From positions 420,001 through 452,000 of the forward strand of contig JAIZWK010000001.1 of NCBI GenBank assembly GCA_021498095.1: a DNA stretch of 32,000 bases. Reading direction: 5' to 3'. The notes beneath the pieces were generated by a model. It saw only the letters and a list, made by a program, of their open reading frames with translations. It was not told the DNA's origin and ran no database searches. The DNA comes from Candidatus Harpocratesius repetitus. GTDB lineage: Archaea; Asgardarchaeota; Lokiarchaeia; Sigyniarchaeales; Promethearchaeaceae. Position 1 is the first letter of the stretch, and the number at the start of each line of letters is the position of its first letter. Both the position numbers and the translations under genes were made by a program. Positions 1 through 9,566 of this stretch are shown in pieces.

Positions 1-127
1 GAAATGTTAAGTAATCATTCCTTCAAAGAAATGTACTAAGGGATTAAAAAAAGTATTTCAATTTTAAATATTTTTCTGAATTTCTGCAATACAACATTTA
101 AAAATCGTGTTAACCAAGAATTCTATC

Positions 128-907
128 ATGGAGTTAAAAAATATTCTTTTTACTTATGAAAATTACATTGCAGTCATTAAATTTAATCGCCCAAATGTGT
201 TAAACGCAATTAATATTCAAACTATGCATGAATTGGGAGAAGTAATAGAGGCATGTGCAGCAAATCCAGAAATCCGAGTGATTATTATCACAGGGGAAGG
301 AAAGGCTTTTGCCGCTGGTGCAGATATTTCTGAACTTCAGAAATTTGGTCCAGAAAAAGCAAGAGAACTTTCAAAATATGGAATTGAAGTTTATCGAAAA
401 ATAGAACTTCTCAATAAGGTAGTTATTGCTGCCGTGAATGGATTTGCTCTTGGTGGAGGTTGTGAACTTGCAATGGCTTGTGATATACGAATAGCAAGCG
501 AAAAGGCAAAATTTGGTCAACCAGAAATAAAATTGGGAATAATTCCTGGATATGGAGGCACTCAAAGATTAACGCGGTTAATCGGAAGAGGAAGATCGAA
601 ACTATTAACTTTTACAGGAGATATGATTGATGCAAAAACGGCAGAGCGATATGGTTTGGTGGATGAAGTCGTTGCTCCAGAAAAGTTACTTGAGAAAGCA
701 AAAGAACTTGCAAAAAAGATTGCCGCTCTTTCCCCAATTTCAATTCGATGTGCAAAGAATGCAATTAATACAGGTATTGAAAGTGGAATTGAAGCCGGTT
801 TGGCCCTTGAAAATGAACTTTTTGCATATTGCTTCGGTACTGATGATGCAAAAGAAGGAATACAAGCTTTTCTAGAAAAACGAAAGCCAGCTTTCACCGG
901 AAAATAG
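128..907 (+). CDS. Enoyl-CoA hydratase/isomerase (crotonase family)
   Basis: Crotonase motifs FAAGADISE, AAVNGFALGGGCELAMACDIR and FGQPEIKLGIIPGYGGTQRL. The ORF track starts at GTG 107; ATG 128 is the more likely start. Confidence 0.95.
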   Translation: MELKNILFTYENYIAVIKFNRPNVLNAINIQTMHELGEVIEACAANPEIRVIIITGEGKAFAAGADISELQKFGPEKARELSKYGIEVYRKIELLNKVVIAAVNGFALGGGCELAMACDIRIASEKAKFGQPEIKLGIIPGYGGTQRLTRLIGRGRSKLLTFTGDMIDAKTAERYGLVDEVVAPEKLLEKAKELAKKIAALSPISIRCAKNAINTGIESGIEAGLALENELFAYCFGTDDAKEGIQAFLEKRKPAFTGK

Positions 908-1013
908 AATATTTAAACAAAAAAAGAATCATAACTTTTTTTTCGTTACTTTTTAAAAATTTAATTTTAAAATCAGAATTTTTAAGGAATCTGGAAGATT
1001 TATTATCGCATAT

Positions 1014-2027
1014 ATGCCGCAATGTAAATTCTTTCGCGAGTGCAGATCAAATGCAGTGATTCAGATTCCTCATACTAAAATGGCTCTCTGTAAAGATCAT
1101 TTTCTTCGTTATATCGAAAATCGAGTTAAAAAAAATATTGAAGACAACCATTTAATTGATTTTCAAAACCCAAAAGAAAAAGTATTAGTTGCTATTAGTG
1201 GTGGAAAAGATTCGCAAACTCTTTTAACAATTTTACACAAAGCTTTACAAGGTAGGGTTGCTCTTGAAGCACTTTATATTGAAGTCGGAATCACCCCACG
1301 AAATTATTCATACGATTCTGCCATTATTGCACGTAGCTTATGTGAGAAATTAGGTGTTCCTTTTCACATTCTTAACGTGAAAGAACATTTGGGATTTACC
1401 ATTGATGACATTCACCAATTAGGAACTTATATAAAAAAAGGAAAGCGTAATCGTAAAAGGAATAATTATAGAGGAGAATGTTCATACTGCGGTTTGTTAA
1501 AGCGATATTATATTAATTATTTCGCTGTAAAGCATAATTTTACAAAAGTTGCCACAGGACATAATTTGACGGATGAAGCTTCACAATTATTATCCAATTT
1601 TTTTAGTATTGATATAGAATTAATGAGCCGAGCAGGTCCCATTACTTTACGGGATGTTGAAGGTCTTATTCCCCGAATTAAGCCATTGTATTATATTTAT
1701 GAGACAGAACTAATTATGTATGCTTATTTCGCCAAGGTGGAGCATCTTCCTACAGAATGTGAATATGCTACCGATTCTCCTGTCATCAGCGTTAAGAAAT
1801 CTCTCGAAAAAATTGAAAGTTTTCGTAGAGGTTCTATGATGAATATGGTCAGGGATTTTCAGAAAAATCTTAAACCAATTTTAGCAGAAACCATAACAGA
1901 GGATCATCAAATCGTCAAGAAATGCAGCCAATGTGGGATGACGACATATTTAGATATGTGTTCATTTTGTACTACAACAAATAGATTAAAAGAACAGATG
2001 AAACAATTTCATATATTAGAAGAATAA
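1014..2027 (+). CDS. TtuA/Ncs6(Ctu1)-like tRNA 2-thiolation protein (PP-loop ATPase)
   Basis: PP-loop SGGKDS, CSYC, GHNLTDE, RIKPL, a third Cys in ECEYA, N-terminal Cys/His Zn finger and C-terminal CxxC...CxxC Zn finger. Confidence 0.88.
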   Translation: MPQCKFFRECRSNAVIQIPHTKMALCKDHFLRYIENRVKKNIEDNHLIDFQNPKEKVLVAISGGKDSQTLLTILHKALQGRVALEALYIEVGITPRNYSYDSAIIARSLCEKLGVPFHILNVKEHLGFTIDDIHQLGTYIKKGKRNRKRNNYRGECSYCGLLKRYYINYFAVKHNFTKVATGHNLTDEASQLLSNFFSIDIELMSRAGPITLRDVEGLIPRIKPLYYIYETELIMYAYFAKVEHLPTECEYATDSPVISVKKSLEKIESFRRGSMMNMVRDFQKNLKPILAETITEDHQIVKKCSQCGMTTYLDMCSFCTTTNRLKEQMKQFHILEE

Positions 2028-3403
2028 AATTCTAATATTAGATCTTGCCATTGATCATCAATTTGTGATTTTAAATCGGTTTCTCCGCAATTTTTAGTAA
2101 TTGAAATTAGCTCTTGCATAAGAATTCGGAATTCGTCAAAAGAGTTCATCCAAGAAAGATTAATTGTTTTTGGGTAAGAATCCAAATTCTCTAAATTCTT
2201 TCTATATTTTTTTATTGTATTTTGAAGTATATCTAATTTTTCAAAGATAAGTTCATCATTTCGATTTGGTTCATAACTATTTTTAATAATTGATTTCATT
2301 TTTTCCAAAATAAGTTCAGAATTTTGATAACCATTAAGATGTTGAGGTAGTATTAATTCATCAGCTAAACGAGCAGTTGCAAGATCTGTAATTTCTTCCC
2401 ATGCATGAGCGTATTTAATAATTGTGGGATAAAGAATTCGATTGATTTCCATTGATAGTTTCCCGTGAATGATTTTTTTGGGCTTATCTTGTAGTTCTGC
2501 AGCTATTTTCATTAAGTTCTGATTTTCACAGAAAATTAATCGAGAATAATGAATATAATGATCTGGTTGATTTATACAAGGTAAAATCGATGCACCCGTT
2601 TTTAAATATAAGCTCACGCAACTTTGGGGTGTATGTAAAAGATAAGGGTATTTGCCAAAATAAAATGGTACTCGTAGTTGTTTTTTCGTTCCGAAATCAA
2701 AATATAAAACAACAATATGATTTTTTCGTAGGTGACGTTCTAGATGATGTGATATTTTTACAAATGAAGTACTGGCATAAAGGTAAACATGATCATAGCC
2801 AATTCGGTTTGTATATTGATATGTAATCAAATGGGGTGTATAAATAACGGTGGCAACAGGAATTTTTTGAGGTAATTTCATAATTGCATAGACAGAATGA
2901 ACCAGTTGTCCAAGGTGAGTCGTGGGAATTATCACTCCTTTTCCTTTTTCCAACTCACGGAATAGTAAATTAAGATTTTTAAATGAAATGAAGTTTTTCA
3001 AAGACAAGTCGATATTTTTCGGCAATCCATTCATAAAATCAAAAAATAATTTCCCCATATAAGCGCAGTGTGCAAAATATAGTCGATGAAGTATTGATCG
3101 TGATTTTACCTTAGGATATAAAACATGAAAAGCAGATAACACCTTATTACGATTAGTTTTTGAAAAATAAAGAAAAAGCTGCCCTAATGCACCAGCAATT
3201 CCTTCTCTTAGTGGGAGAGGAAAAAGATTAAAAAGAAGATATAATCGTAATCTCATCCACTGTTTCAAAAACCAAAAAACATATCCAAGCGAATCAATCC
3301 AACTAGTTCCAGCATGCACGGGAGGAAGATTTTCTTTTTCATTAACATTTTTTCTTTTTATTTCCCGCTCAAATTTCCGATCAGCATAAAAAATATGAGT
3401 CAT
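2009..3403 (-). CDS. Lysophospholipid/lipid A-type acyltransferase family protein (LPLAT superfamily) with C-terminal helical extension
   Basis: GKGVIIPTTHLG, L..N.IVVLYFD, VPF.FG and KTGASILP match the block order of LpxL/HtrB-like acyltransferases. The acidic residue of HX4D/E is not seen. Convergent 19-bp overlap with the TtuA-like gene. Confidence 0.7.
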   Translation of the reverse strand: MTHIFYADRKFEREIKRKNVNEKENLPPVHAGTSWIDSLGYVFWFLKQWMRLRLYLLFNLFPLPLREGIAGALGQLFLYFSKTNRNKVLSAFHVLYPKVKSRSILHRLYFAHCAYMGKLFFDFMNGLPKNIDLSLKNFISFKNLNLLFRELEKGKGVIIPTTHLGQLVHSVYAIMKLPQKIPVATVIYTPHLITYQYTNRIGYDHVYLYASTSFVKISHHLERHLRKNHIVVLYFDFGTKKQLRVPFYFGKYPYLLHTPQSCVSLYLKTGASILPCINQPDHYIHYSRLIFCENQNLMKIAAELQDKPKKIIHGKLSMEINRILYPTIIKYAHAWEEITDLATARLADELILPQHLNGYQNSELILEKMKSIIKNSYEPNRNDELIFEKLDILQNTIKKYRKNLENLDSYPKTINLSWMNSFDEFRILMQELISITKNCGETDLKSQIDDQWQDLILEFYSSNI

Positions 3404-3431
3404 TATTCATCAGGAGAATCTTAATCTCTTT

Positions 3432-4703
3432 TTATTCTTCATTTTCTTCATCAGTGAAATCTTCTTCTTCAAAATTTTTTTCTTCAAAAATTTCCTTGTC
3501 ATTATTTTCGCTAGGATCTGTTTTCCCATCATTTTCTTTCTCAATTTCTTCCTCTGGAGTTATAGAACCTGTCCAATCTAAATTGCTTAATTCAAAATTT
3601 ACTCGTTGATCTTCAATTATTTCCAGTTCGCGCTCTTTCTGAAGATATTTCTGGCGATCTTCTTCATCTAGTAGACGTAATTCCTCTAATTCTTCTTGTC
3701 GGCGGCGAATTTCTTCAATTTTTTCTTTATCATATATCTCATCAATTCGAAGCTGTCCTGTTCGAATAATTTCAGCATTTTGTAGGATTTTTTCTAATGC
3801 TTCAGTAAATTCAGTAATAGATTCACAAATTTCAGTCATATCACCTTCAAATTCAATTGGATCATACCCAATTGCAAAATTAAAAACAAATTTTTCAGTT
3901 CCAACTAAAATACTAAACTGTTCAGTATGAATCTCATATCGTCCTATGTGATAAGGAGGAACATCTTCAACTTCGTCTAAAGAATCGAGATAATTGGTAA
4001 TGTGTTTATCAATATATTCATTTAAACGCTTTGATTCAAAATAACTTCCAATTTCATAATTTTCAACAAATAGCATACCAAAAGAAAATTCATATTCCCA
4101 GCAAAATGATTCGATAGCATCACATAATGTTTCATAAATCGTTTTATTTCCTAATAATGGCTGTGAAAAGGCAGAAATTACCGACATAGGTTTGTAAATA
4201 GAGGTATGAAATACTGTAGGTGTGATTTTTGAGTCTTGAATTTTTCGAAGAATATCTGAAAGAAATCGATCTTCAATCTCTGGAAAAATCACAGGCCCTT
4301 CATAATCTGGATCCACTTTATGGAAAAAGAGAAATACTTGAAAATCTTCGCTAAATTCTAAGCAATTTTCGAATATTTGGATAAAATAATCAATACTCTC
4401 ATCAATTCTTTCTACATCTTGCGTATCAATTACATAATACAGATATTGTATGCCTTGAAAATACATCATGGGATTCTGTAGGTAAGAATGGCGGTAGGTT
4501 ATTTGTCCACCAAAATCCCAGATCAGTAATTCTCTTCCAAAAAAATCAATACTTGTTCTATCTACTCCAGTAGTAGGTAACAACGATGAAAATGCATTAA
4601 ATTCACTTAATAGGGTTTTTACAATAGATGTTTTTCCAGCATTGCCGAGCCCAAAGAGTGCAATCTTTGAAGGAAGTTCACGAGGTTTAGGATTCACAAC
4701 CAT
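3432..4703 (-). CDS. Rag/Gtr1-like small GTPase with C-terminal roadblock/longin-like region and acidic tail
   Basis: G1 GLGNAGKTS, G2 PTTG, G3 WDFGGQ, G4 FHKVD and G5 TSIY. HKxD and TSI are Rag-type signatures. About 130 aa of alpha/beta sequence follow, then a charged coil and a Glu/Asp-rich tail. Confidence 0.85.
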   Translation of the reverse strand: MVVNPKPRELPSKIALFGLGNAGKTSIVKTLLSEFNAFSSLLPTTGVDRTSIDFFGRELLIWDFGGQITYRHSYLQNPMMYFQGIQYLYYVIDTQDVERIDESIDYFIQIFENCLEFSEDFQVFLFFHKVDPDYEGPVIFPEIEDRFLSDILRKIQDSKITPTVFHTSIYKPMSVISAFSQPLLGNKTIYETLCDAIESFCWEYEFSFGMLFVENYEIGSYFESKRLNEYIDKHITNYLDSLDEVEDVPPYHIGRYEIHTEQFSILVGTEKFVFNFAIGYDPIEFEGDMTEICESITEFTEALEKILQNAEIIRTGQLRIDEIYDKEKIEEIRRRQEELEELRLLDEEDRQKYLQKERELEIIEDQRVNFELSNLDWTGSITPEEEIEKENDGKTDPSENNDKEIFEEKNFEEEDFTDEENEE

Positions 4704-4726
4704 ACAATTATCAACTAATTTTTTTT

Positions 4727-4796
4727 AATAATTATTGTATTGAATAATTATCATGCTGAATAATTATCATGTTGAATAATTATTGCATTGAATAAT
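4727..4796. repeat. Tandem repeat, 4 x 16 bp plus a partial unit (consensus AATAATTATyrYRYTG)
   Basis: Units read directly: aataattattgtattg 4727-4742, aataattatcatgctg 4743-4758, aataattatcatgttg 4759-4774, aataattattgcattg 4775-4790, then aataat. Confidence 0.9.
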
Positions 4797-4911
4797 AATT
4801 ACTGCGAATTCTTAAATATATTCGGGTTGTTTAGCATTAAGTTTGACCCATTGAGTTCCCGTGAAACAGCTATTTTTAAAAGGTGATGATTTTTAAAATT
4901 ATGATCACTAA

Positions 4912-5694
4912 ATGAATGAAAACAACTCGACAAAAAGATTTTCTTCAAGAGCAGAAAACTATCAGAAATATCGTCCAAACTATCCTATTGAGGTAATTCA
5001 AGAAATTAAATCATTCTTTCCAGAAAAATCAAGAATAATTGCAGCAGATATTGGCTCAGGAACGGGAATTTTTACCAAGCGTTTGATTGATGCTAATTTT
5101 GAAGTGTATGCAGTTGAACCTAATGATGAAATGCGTACTATTGCAGAAAAATCGTTAAGTGACAATCCAAATTTTCATAGTATTAAAGGAACTGCAGAAA
5201 GTACAACTCTTCCTGATGAATCCATTGATTTAATAACAGCCGCCCAAGCTCTTCATTGGTTTGATCTTGAATCAACATTGACAGAATTTCAAAGGATTTT
5301 GCAGCCTGAAGGAATAATTGCATTTATATGGAACGAACGAGATTTAACAGCCACATCCTTTATGCAGGAATACGATCAAGTTTTAATCGATCTATGCCCA
5401 GAATATAAAAATTCACCTCATCTCTACATAGATAAGGAGCAGATCTTTAATTTAATTGAAGAGATATCATTGCAAGAATTCCATTACTCTAATGCGCAAG
5501 AATTTGATGAGAAAGGGTTCATCGGCAGAGTATTATCTTCATCATATACACCATCACCTGATTCCACCGAATATTCACCATTTATTGATGCACTTTCGCA
5601 ATTATTTGAAAAATATCAAAAAGAAGGAAAAATACAAATACATTACAATACCCACCTTTATTTGGGGCGTGTAATGAGAAAATGGGTTTTTTAA
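4912..5694 (+). CDS. Class I SAM-dependent methyltransferase (Methyltransf_11-like)
   Basis: FS..AENY.KYRP.YP N-terminus, motif I DIGSGTGIF, AVEPN, GTAE and DLITAAQALHWFD. Confidence 0.92.
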   Translation: MNENNSTKRFSSRAENYQKYRPNYPIEVIQEIKSFFPEKSRIIAADIGSGTGIFTKRLIDANFEVYAVEPNDEMRTIAEKSLSDNPNFHSIKGTAESTTLPDESIDLITAAQALHWFDLESTLTEFQRILQPEGIIAFIWNERDLTATSFMQEYDQVLIDLCPEYKNSPHLYIDKEQIFNLIEEISLQEFHYSNAQEFDEKGFIGRVLSSSYTPSPDSTEYSPFIDALSQLFEKYQKEGKIQIHYNTHLYLGRVMRKWVF

Positions 5695-5697
5695 TTG

Positions 5698-5806
5698 AGG
5701 ATATTTTATCTTTTTTAATTTAAACGCTTTTTTGAATATCATTTATATATATCCAACTTAAATCTGAAATATCGCAATTCTTTTTTTGTCGAACTCGATT
5801 TTTTCA
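5698..5806 (+). repeat. 109-bp dispersed intergenic repeat, copy A (inverted copy at 19771-19880)
   Basis: Manual alignment with the reverse complement of 19771-19880 gives 5 substitutions and 1 indel (in a T-run) over 110 nt. Confidence 0.93.
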
Positions 5807-6065
5807 AAGAATTTGTTAAATATTTACCATCCTGTTTATAAATTCTTCAATCTAAAGTCGATTTTATTATAATTTTTGAATTACATATCTTAAATTTGGC
5901 ACCTTGGTAAAATCGACAAAAAATAAGGAAGGATATTTTAGATTTGAGCCGGGAGAATTAAGATGAAGGAATGAAAAACTTCGATTCTTTGAAATTTAAA
6001 ATACCCTCAATTTTAAAAAAAAATTTTTTCTTTTATTTATTTATTATCATCAATTTTTCTTGAAA

Positions 6066-7142
6066 TTACTGAACTTGATTTCCGCAATTTGTGCAGAATT
6101 TAGCATTTGAAAATATCAATTTGCTTCCACAATATGTACAGTAAACAGGATTATTTGTTTCGCTTACGTTAGTTTTAGGAATTGTAACTACTCCTATTTG
6201 TGGATATTGCACCATTGTTGGACCAGGACTTGAATGAGACGGAATGGATTGATATAAAAATTGCGTAGGTTGATAACCAATTTTTATATTCTTTTTCATT
6301 TGGTATTTAGGAATGATGTAAATTTCTTTAAATGAATATAGATTAAAACCATCAGATAATTTCTTTAATCCTATATTGAAAATGATATTTCCAACTGTAT
6401 TCTCTACAAGCATTACAGCAATACCTAATTTCATTAAATTACATCCTAATTCCATTTGTCGTAGAATTATAGAAGAATATCCATTTTCAACTTGTTCCAT
6501 TTGTAATAGGATCCATTTTTTAAATGCATTCCAGCTAAGATAATTAACTCTCTTTTCTGCAAGCGAAGAAATTACAAGCATAATCCCCAATATAATAATT
6601 ATAGGATCAATTCCAAAGATTTCTGGATAATGAGAAATATCATAAAATACTCTATTTATATTAGCGAAAACATTAATCATACGGTAATAAGCATCTAATT
6701 GTGTGAGCACACGTTTAGCAATCAGAAAAAATATAAAAACTAGAAAAGCATAAAGTAGTAATCGAATTTTCTGATACCTGAATGCTTCACTAAATTGCCG
6801 ATCATTAACTTGCTTTGAAGTTTGATTCAATTGTATTATAAAATTAATATTACCAATTAATCGAGGTATAGATAGGAATATAAATCCAAATATAAACAAG
6901 CTTAAAGGGATACTTGAATAACTACTTCCATCACCAGAATTTATGTTACTCGACCAAATTAAAATGGGCCCCATGAATATTTTTTGAAAATACGATTTAA
7001 AGGCAAAGAGAATTGTAAAAATAATAAATATCCAGCGGGTTGTATTTAGTGTTTTAAAGCTTTTCCCAAGTTCTATAAATTTTTCACGAAGTGGCGCATT
7101 TAATTCTCTCTTTAATGGTTTATTAAATGTATCTTTATACAT
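6066..7142 (-). CDS. Membrane protein with C-terminal double zinc ribbon
   Basis: Several hydrophobic segments, a Pro/Gln-rich linker and terminal CTYCG...FCTNCG. Confidence 0.75.
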   Translation of the reverse strand: MYKDTFNKPLKRELNAPLREKFIELGKSFKTLNTTRWIFIIFTILFAFKSYFQKIFMGPILIWSSNINSGDGSSYSSIPLSLFIFGFIFLSIPRLIGNINFIIQLNQTSKQVNDRQFSEAFRYQKIRLLLYAFLVFIFFLIAKRVLTQLDAYYRMINVFANINRVFYDISHYPEIFGIDPIIIILGIMLVISSLAEKRVNYLSWNAFKKWILLQMEQVENGYSSIILRQMELGCNLMKLGIAVMLVENTVGNIIFNIGLKKLSDGFNLYSFKEIYIIPKYQMKKNIKIGYQPTQFLYQSIPSHSSPGPTMVQYPQIGVVTIPKTNVSETNNPVYCTYCGSKLIFSNAKFCTNCGNQVQ

Positions 7143-7334
7143 TTTAGATCAATATAAAAGAGAATTTTTTACTTAAAAAATTAGGTATATATTTTTAAAT
7201 TAATTCAAAAAAACCTGTTCTTCAATCAAAAAATAATTATAAACAAATCTTTCATGTATGTTCAGCCATTTTAGAAATACTTGATATGAGAAAGAGAACA
7301 ATTCTTAAAGGCTTTTCTCTTAATTTATCACATT

Positions 7335-8411
7335 ATGAGCTTTGATGAAACGATAAATTTAGAATTTCTTAAAAAATTTGTAAATGCACCTTCTCCAACA
7401 GGCTCTGAAGAACCTGCACAAAAATTATATCAAGACTATTTAAAAGATATTGCTGATGAAATCAAAACGGACGTATTAGGCAATGTAGATGCTGTTTTGA
7501 ATCCTAATGGAAAACCTCGTATTGTTTTAATGGGACATGTCGATGAAGTAGGTTTGCAAGTGCGTTATATATCTGATAAAGGATTCATTTACTTTAATCC
7601 ATTAGGTGGATTGGATGCACATCTCTTACCCAGCAAACGTATAACAATTCTAGCAAAATCTGGCAATATTTTTGGAGTAATTGGAAAAAAAGCAATTCAT
7701 CTTCAAGAACCAGACGAACGTAAAAAAGTAATAAAAATTCAAGACCAATACATTGATGTAGGAGCAAGATCAAGAGAAGAAGTGGAAAAAATGGGTATCC
7801 AAATAGGTGATCCTATTATTTTCAATGATTCATTTGCCTACTTAGGTAATAATGGAGATGTTGTTAGTCGATGTTTTGATGATAAAATTGGTGCTTTTAT
7901 AATTGCTGAGGTGTTACGTTATTTAAAACAAGAAAATATTGAAGCATCCATTCATGCTGTTTCAAGTGTTCAAGAGGAAATTGGCACTCGTGGAGCAGTA
8001 GTTTCAGCGTTTAGTGTTGATCCTGATGTTGGAATTGCTTTCGATGTAACACACACCAGTGATACTCCTGGAATAAAAGAAGCAGATTTAGGAATAAAAA
8101 AACTCGGCGGCGGTCCTGTGATTGTACGAGGTCCTAATATTAATCCAAAACTCTATGAATTATTCGTTAAAACTGCTGAAGAACTAGAAATACCTCTCCA
8201 GATAAGTGCTGCTTCTAGACCGACAGGAACTGATGCTCGTTCAATTCAAATGACCCGAGCAGGAGTTGCGACAGGTTTAATTGGAATTCCTAATAGATAC
8301 ATGCACAGCATGACTGAAATTGTAAATTTGAAAGATGTGGAACAGATTGTGAAACTAACCGTCGCAGTTATTAAGAAAATCACCAAAGACACTTCTTTCA
8401 TTCCAGAATAA
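7335..8411 (+). CDS. M42 family metallopeptidase (TET aminopeptidase/FrvX-like), paralog 1
   Basis: PSPTGSE, GHVDEVG, FDDKIG, QEEIG, DVTH, GTDA and RYMHS; metal ligands intact. Confidence 0.93.
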   Translation: MSFDETINLEFLKKFVNAPSPTGSEEPAQKLYQDYLKDIADEIKTDVLGNVDAVLNPNGKPRIVLMGHVDEVGLQVRYISDKGFIYFNPLGGLDAHLLPSKRITILAKSGNIFGVIGKKAIHLQEPDERKKVIKIQDQYIDVGARSREEVEKMGIQIGDPIIFNDSFAYLGNNGDVVSRCFDDKIGAFIIAEVLRYLKQENIEASIHAVSSVQEEIGTRGAVVSAFSVDPDVGIAFDVTHTSDTPGIKEADLGIKKLGGGPVIVRGPNINPKLYELFVKTAEELEIPLQISAASRPTGTDARSIQMTRAGVATGLIGIPNRYMHSMTEIVNLKDVEQIVKLTVAVIKKITKDTSFIPE

Positions 8412-8435
8412 TTAACAAGTCAGGAAATATAAAAT

Positions 8436-9512
8436 ATGACACTTCCCACATTGCCTTCCGATATCAAAGTAGATGAAAAATTTCTGCAATTATTGGTGAA
8501 TACTCCTAGTGTTTCTGGATATGAGACCTCTGCTCAGCATATATTTAAGGATTATCTTGCATCATATGTTGAAAGAATAAATACAGATGTAATGGGAAAT
8601 GTATTTGCAACCCTCAATTCCTCAGGAAGCCCCAAAATTATGTTGGCGGCACATTGTGATGAAGTGGGTTTACTAATTAAATATATTTCTAAGGATGGAT
8701 TCCTCTATTTCTATGCAAACGGCTTGGATCCTCATTTATTACCTGGAACATTTGTGAAAATCATTACAAATCAAGCGGAAATTTTAGGAGTGATTGGAAA
8801 AAAAGCAATTCACCTTCAAGAACCCAATGAACGAAAAAAAGTTGTTCAAATTTCAGATTTATTCATCGATATAGGGGCTCGTTCAAGAAAAGAAGTAGAA
8901 AGTCTTGGGATCAGAATAGGAGATTCAGCAATATTTGATTACTATTATGCTCGCTTAGGTTCTTCCGGAGATGTCGTTAGTCGCTGCTTTGATGATAAAA
9001 TAGGTGTATGTATTGTTGCTGAAATCATGAAGCGATTATCAGAGATTCAGCACGATCAAATTTCAGCTCAAGTAATCGGTGTATCAACTACACAAGAAGA
9101 GGTAGGATTGCGTGGTGCGACCACCGCTTCATTTCAAGTTGAACCAGATATCGCTTTAGTATATGACGTTGATTTTTCCATGGATACTCCGCATTCTCAA
9201 GAAAAATATCAAGGTCGAGCTAAATTAGGGGGCGGTCCAATTATTTCTATTGGTCCAAATATGAATTCAAAAGTTATTCAATTATTAAAGGAAACTGCGA
9301 ATGATTTGGATATTCCCATTCAATTAATCGCAGAACCAAGAGGAACTGGAACTGATGCAAATGTGATTCAATTAACAAAAAAAGGAGTAGCAATTGGTTT
9401 GATTGGAATTCCAAATCGATATATGCACAGTTATTCTGAAGTAGTTAATCTTTATGATGTTGAGGCAATAATCCAATTATCGGTCGAATTTATTAAGCGA
9501 GTGAAAGAATAA
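8436..9512 (+). CDS. M42 family metallopeptidase, paralog 2
   Basis: PSVSGYE, AHCDEVG, FDDKIG, QEEVG, DVDF, GTDA and RYMHS. Starts 24 bp after paralog 1 and has the same length (358 aa). Confidence 0.93.
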   Translation: MTLPTLPSDIKVDEKFLQLLVNTPSVSGYETSAQHIFKDYLASYVERINTDVMGNVFATLNSSGSPKIMLAAHCDEVGLLIKYISKDGFLYFYANGLDPHLLPGTFVKIITNQAEILGVIGKKAIHLQEPNERKKVVQISDLFIDIGARSRKEVESLGIRIGDSAIFDYYYARLGSSGDVVSRCFDDKIGVCIVAEIMKRLSEIQHDQISAQVIGVSTTQEEVGLRGATTASFQVEPDIALVYDVDFSMDTPHSQEKYQGRAKLGGGPIISIGPNMNSKVIQLLKETANDLDIPIQLIAEPRGTGTDANVIQLTKKGVAIGLIGIPNRYMHSYSEVVNLYDVEAIIQLSVEFIKRVKE

Positions 9513-9566
9513 ATATGAAAATTTTTGAAATTGAAATAGAAATAGAATTTTGAAAAATTGCGGATA

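Noticed and set aside
4727-4796. CRISPR array
   Set aside because: The units are 16 bp, contiguous and have no unique spacers; no cas genes are present.
5971-6063. 30-aa ORF MKNFDSLKFKIPSILKKNFFFYLFIIINFS
   Set aside because: Its composition reflects the A/T tracts of a convergent terminator region; no support for translation.
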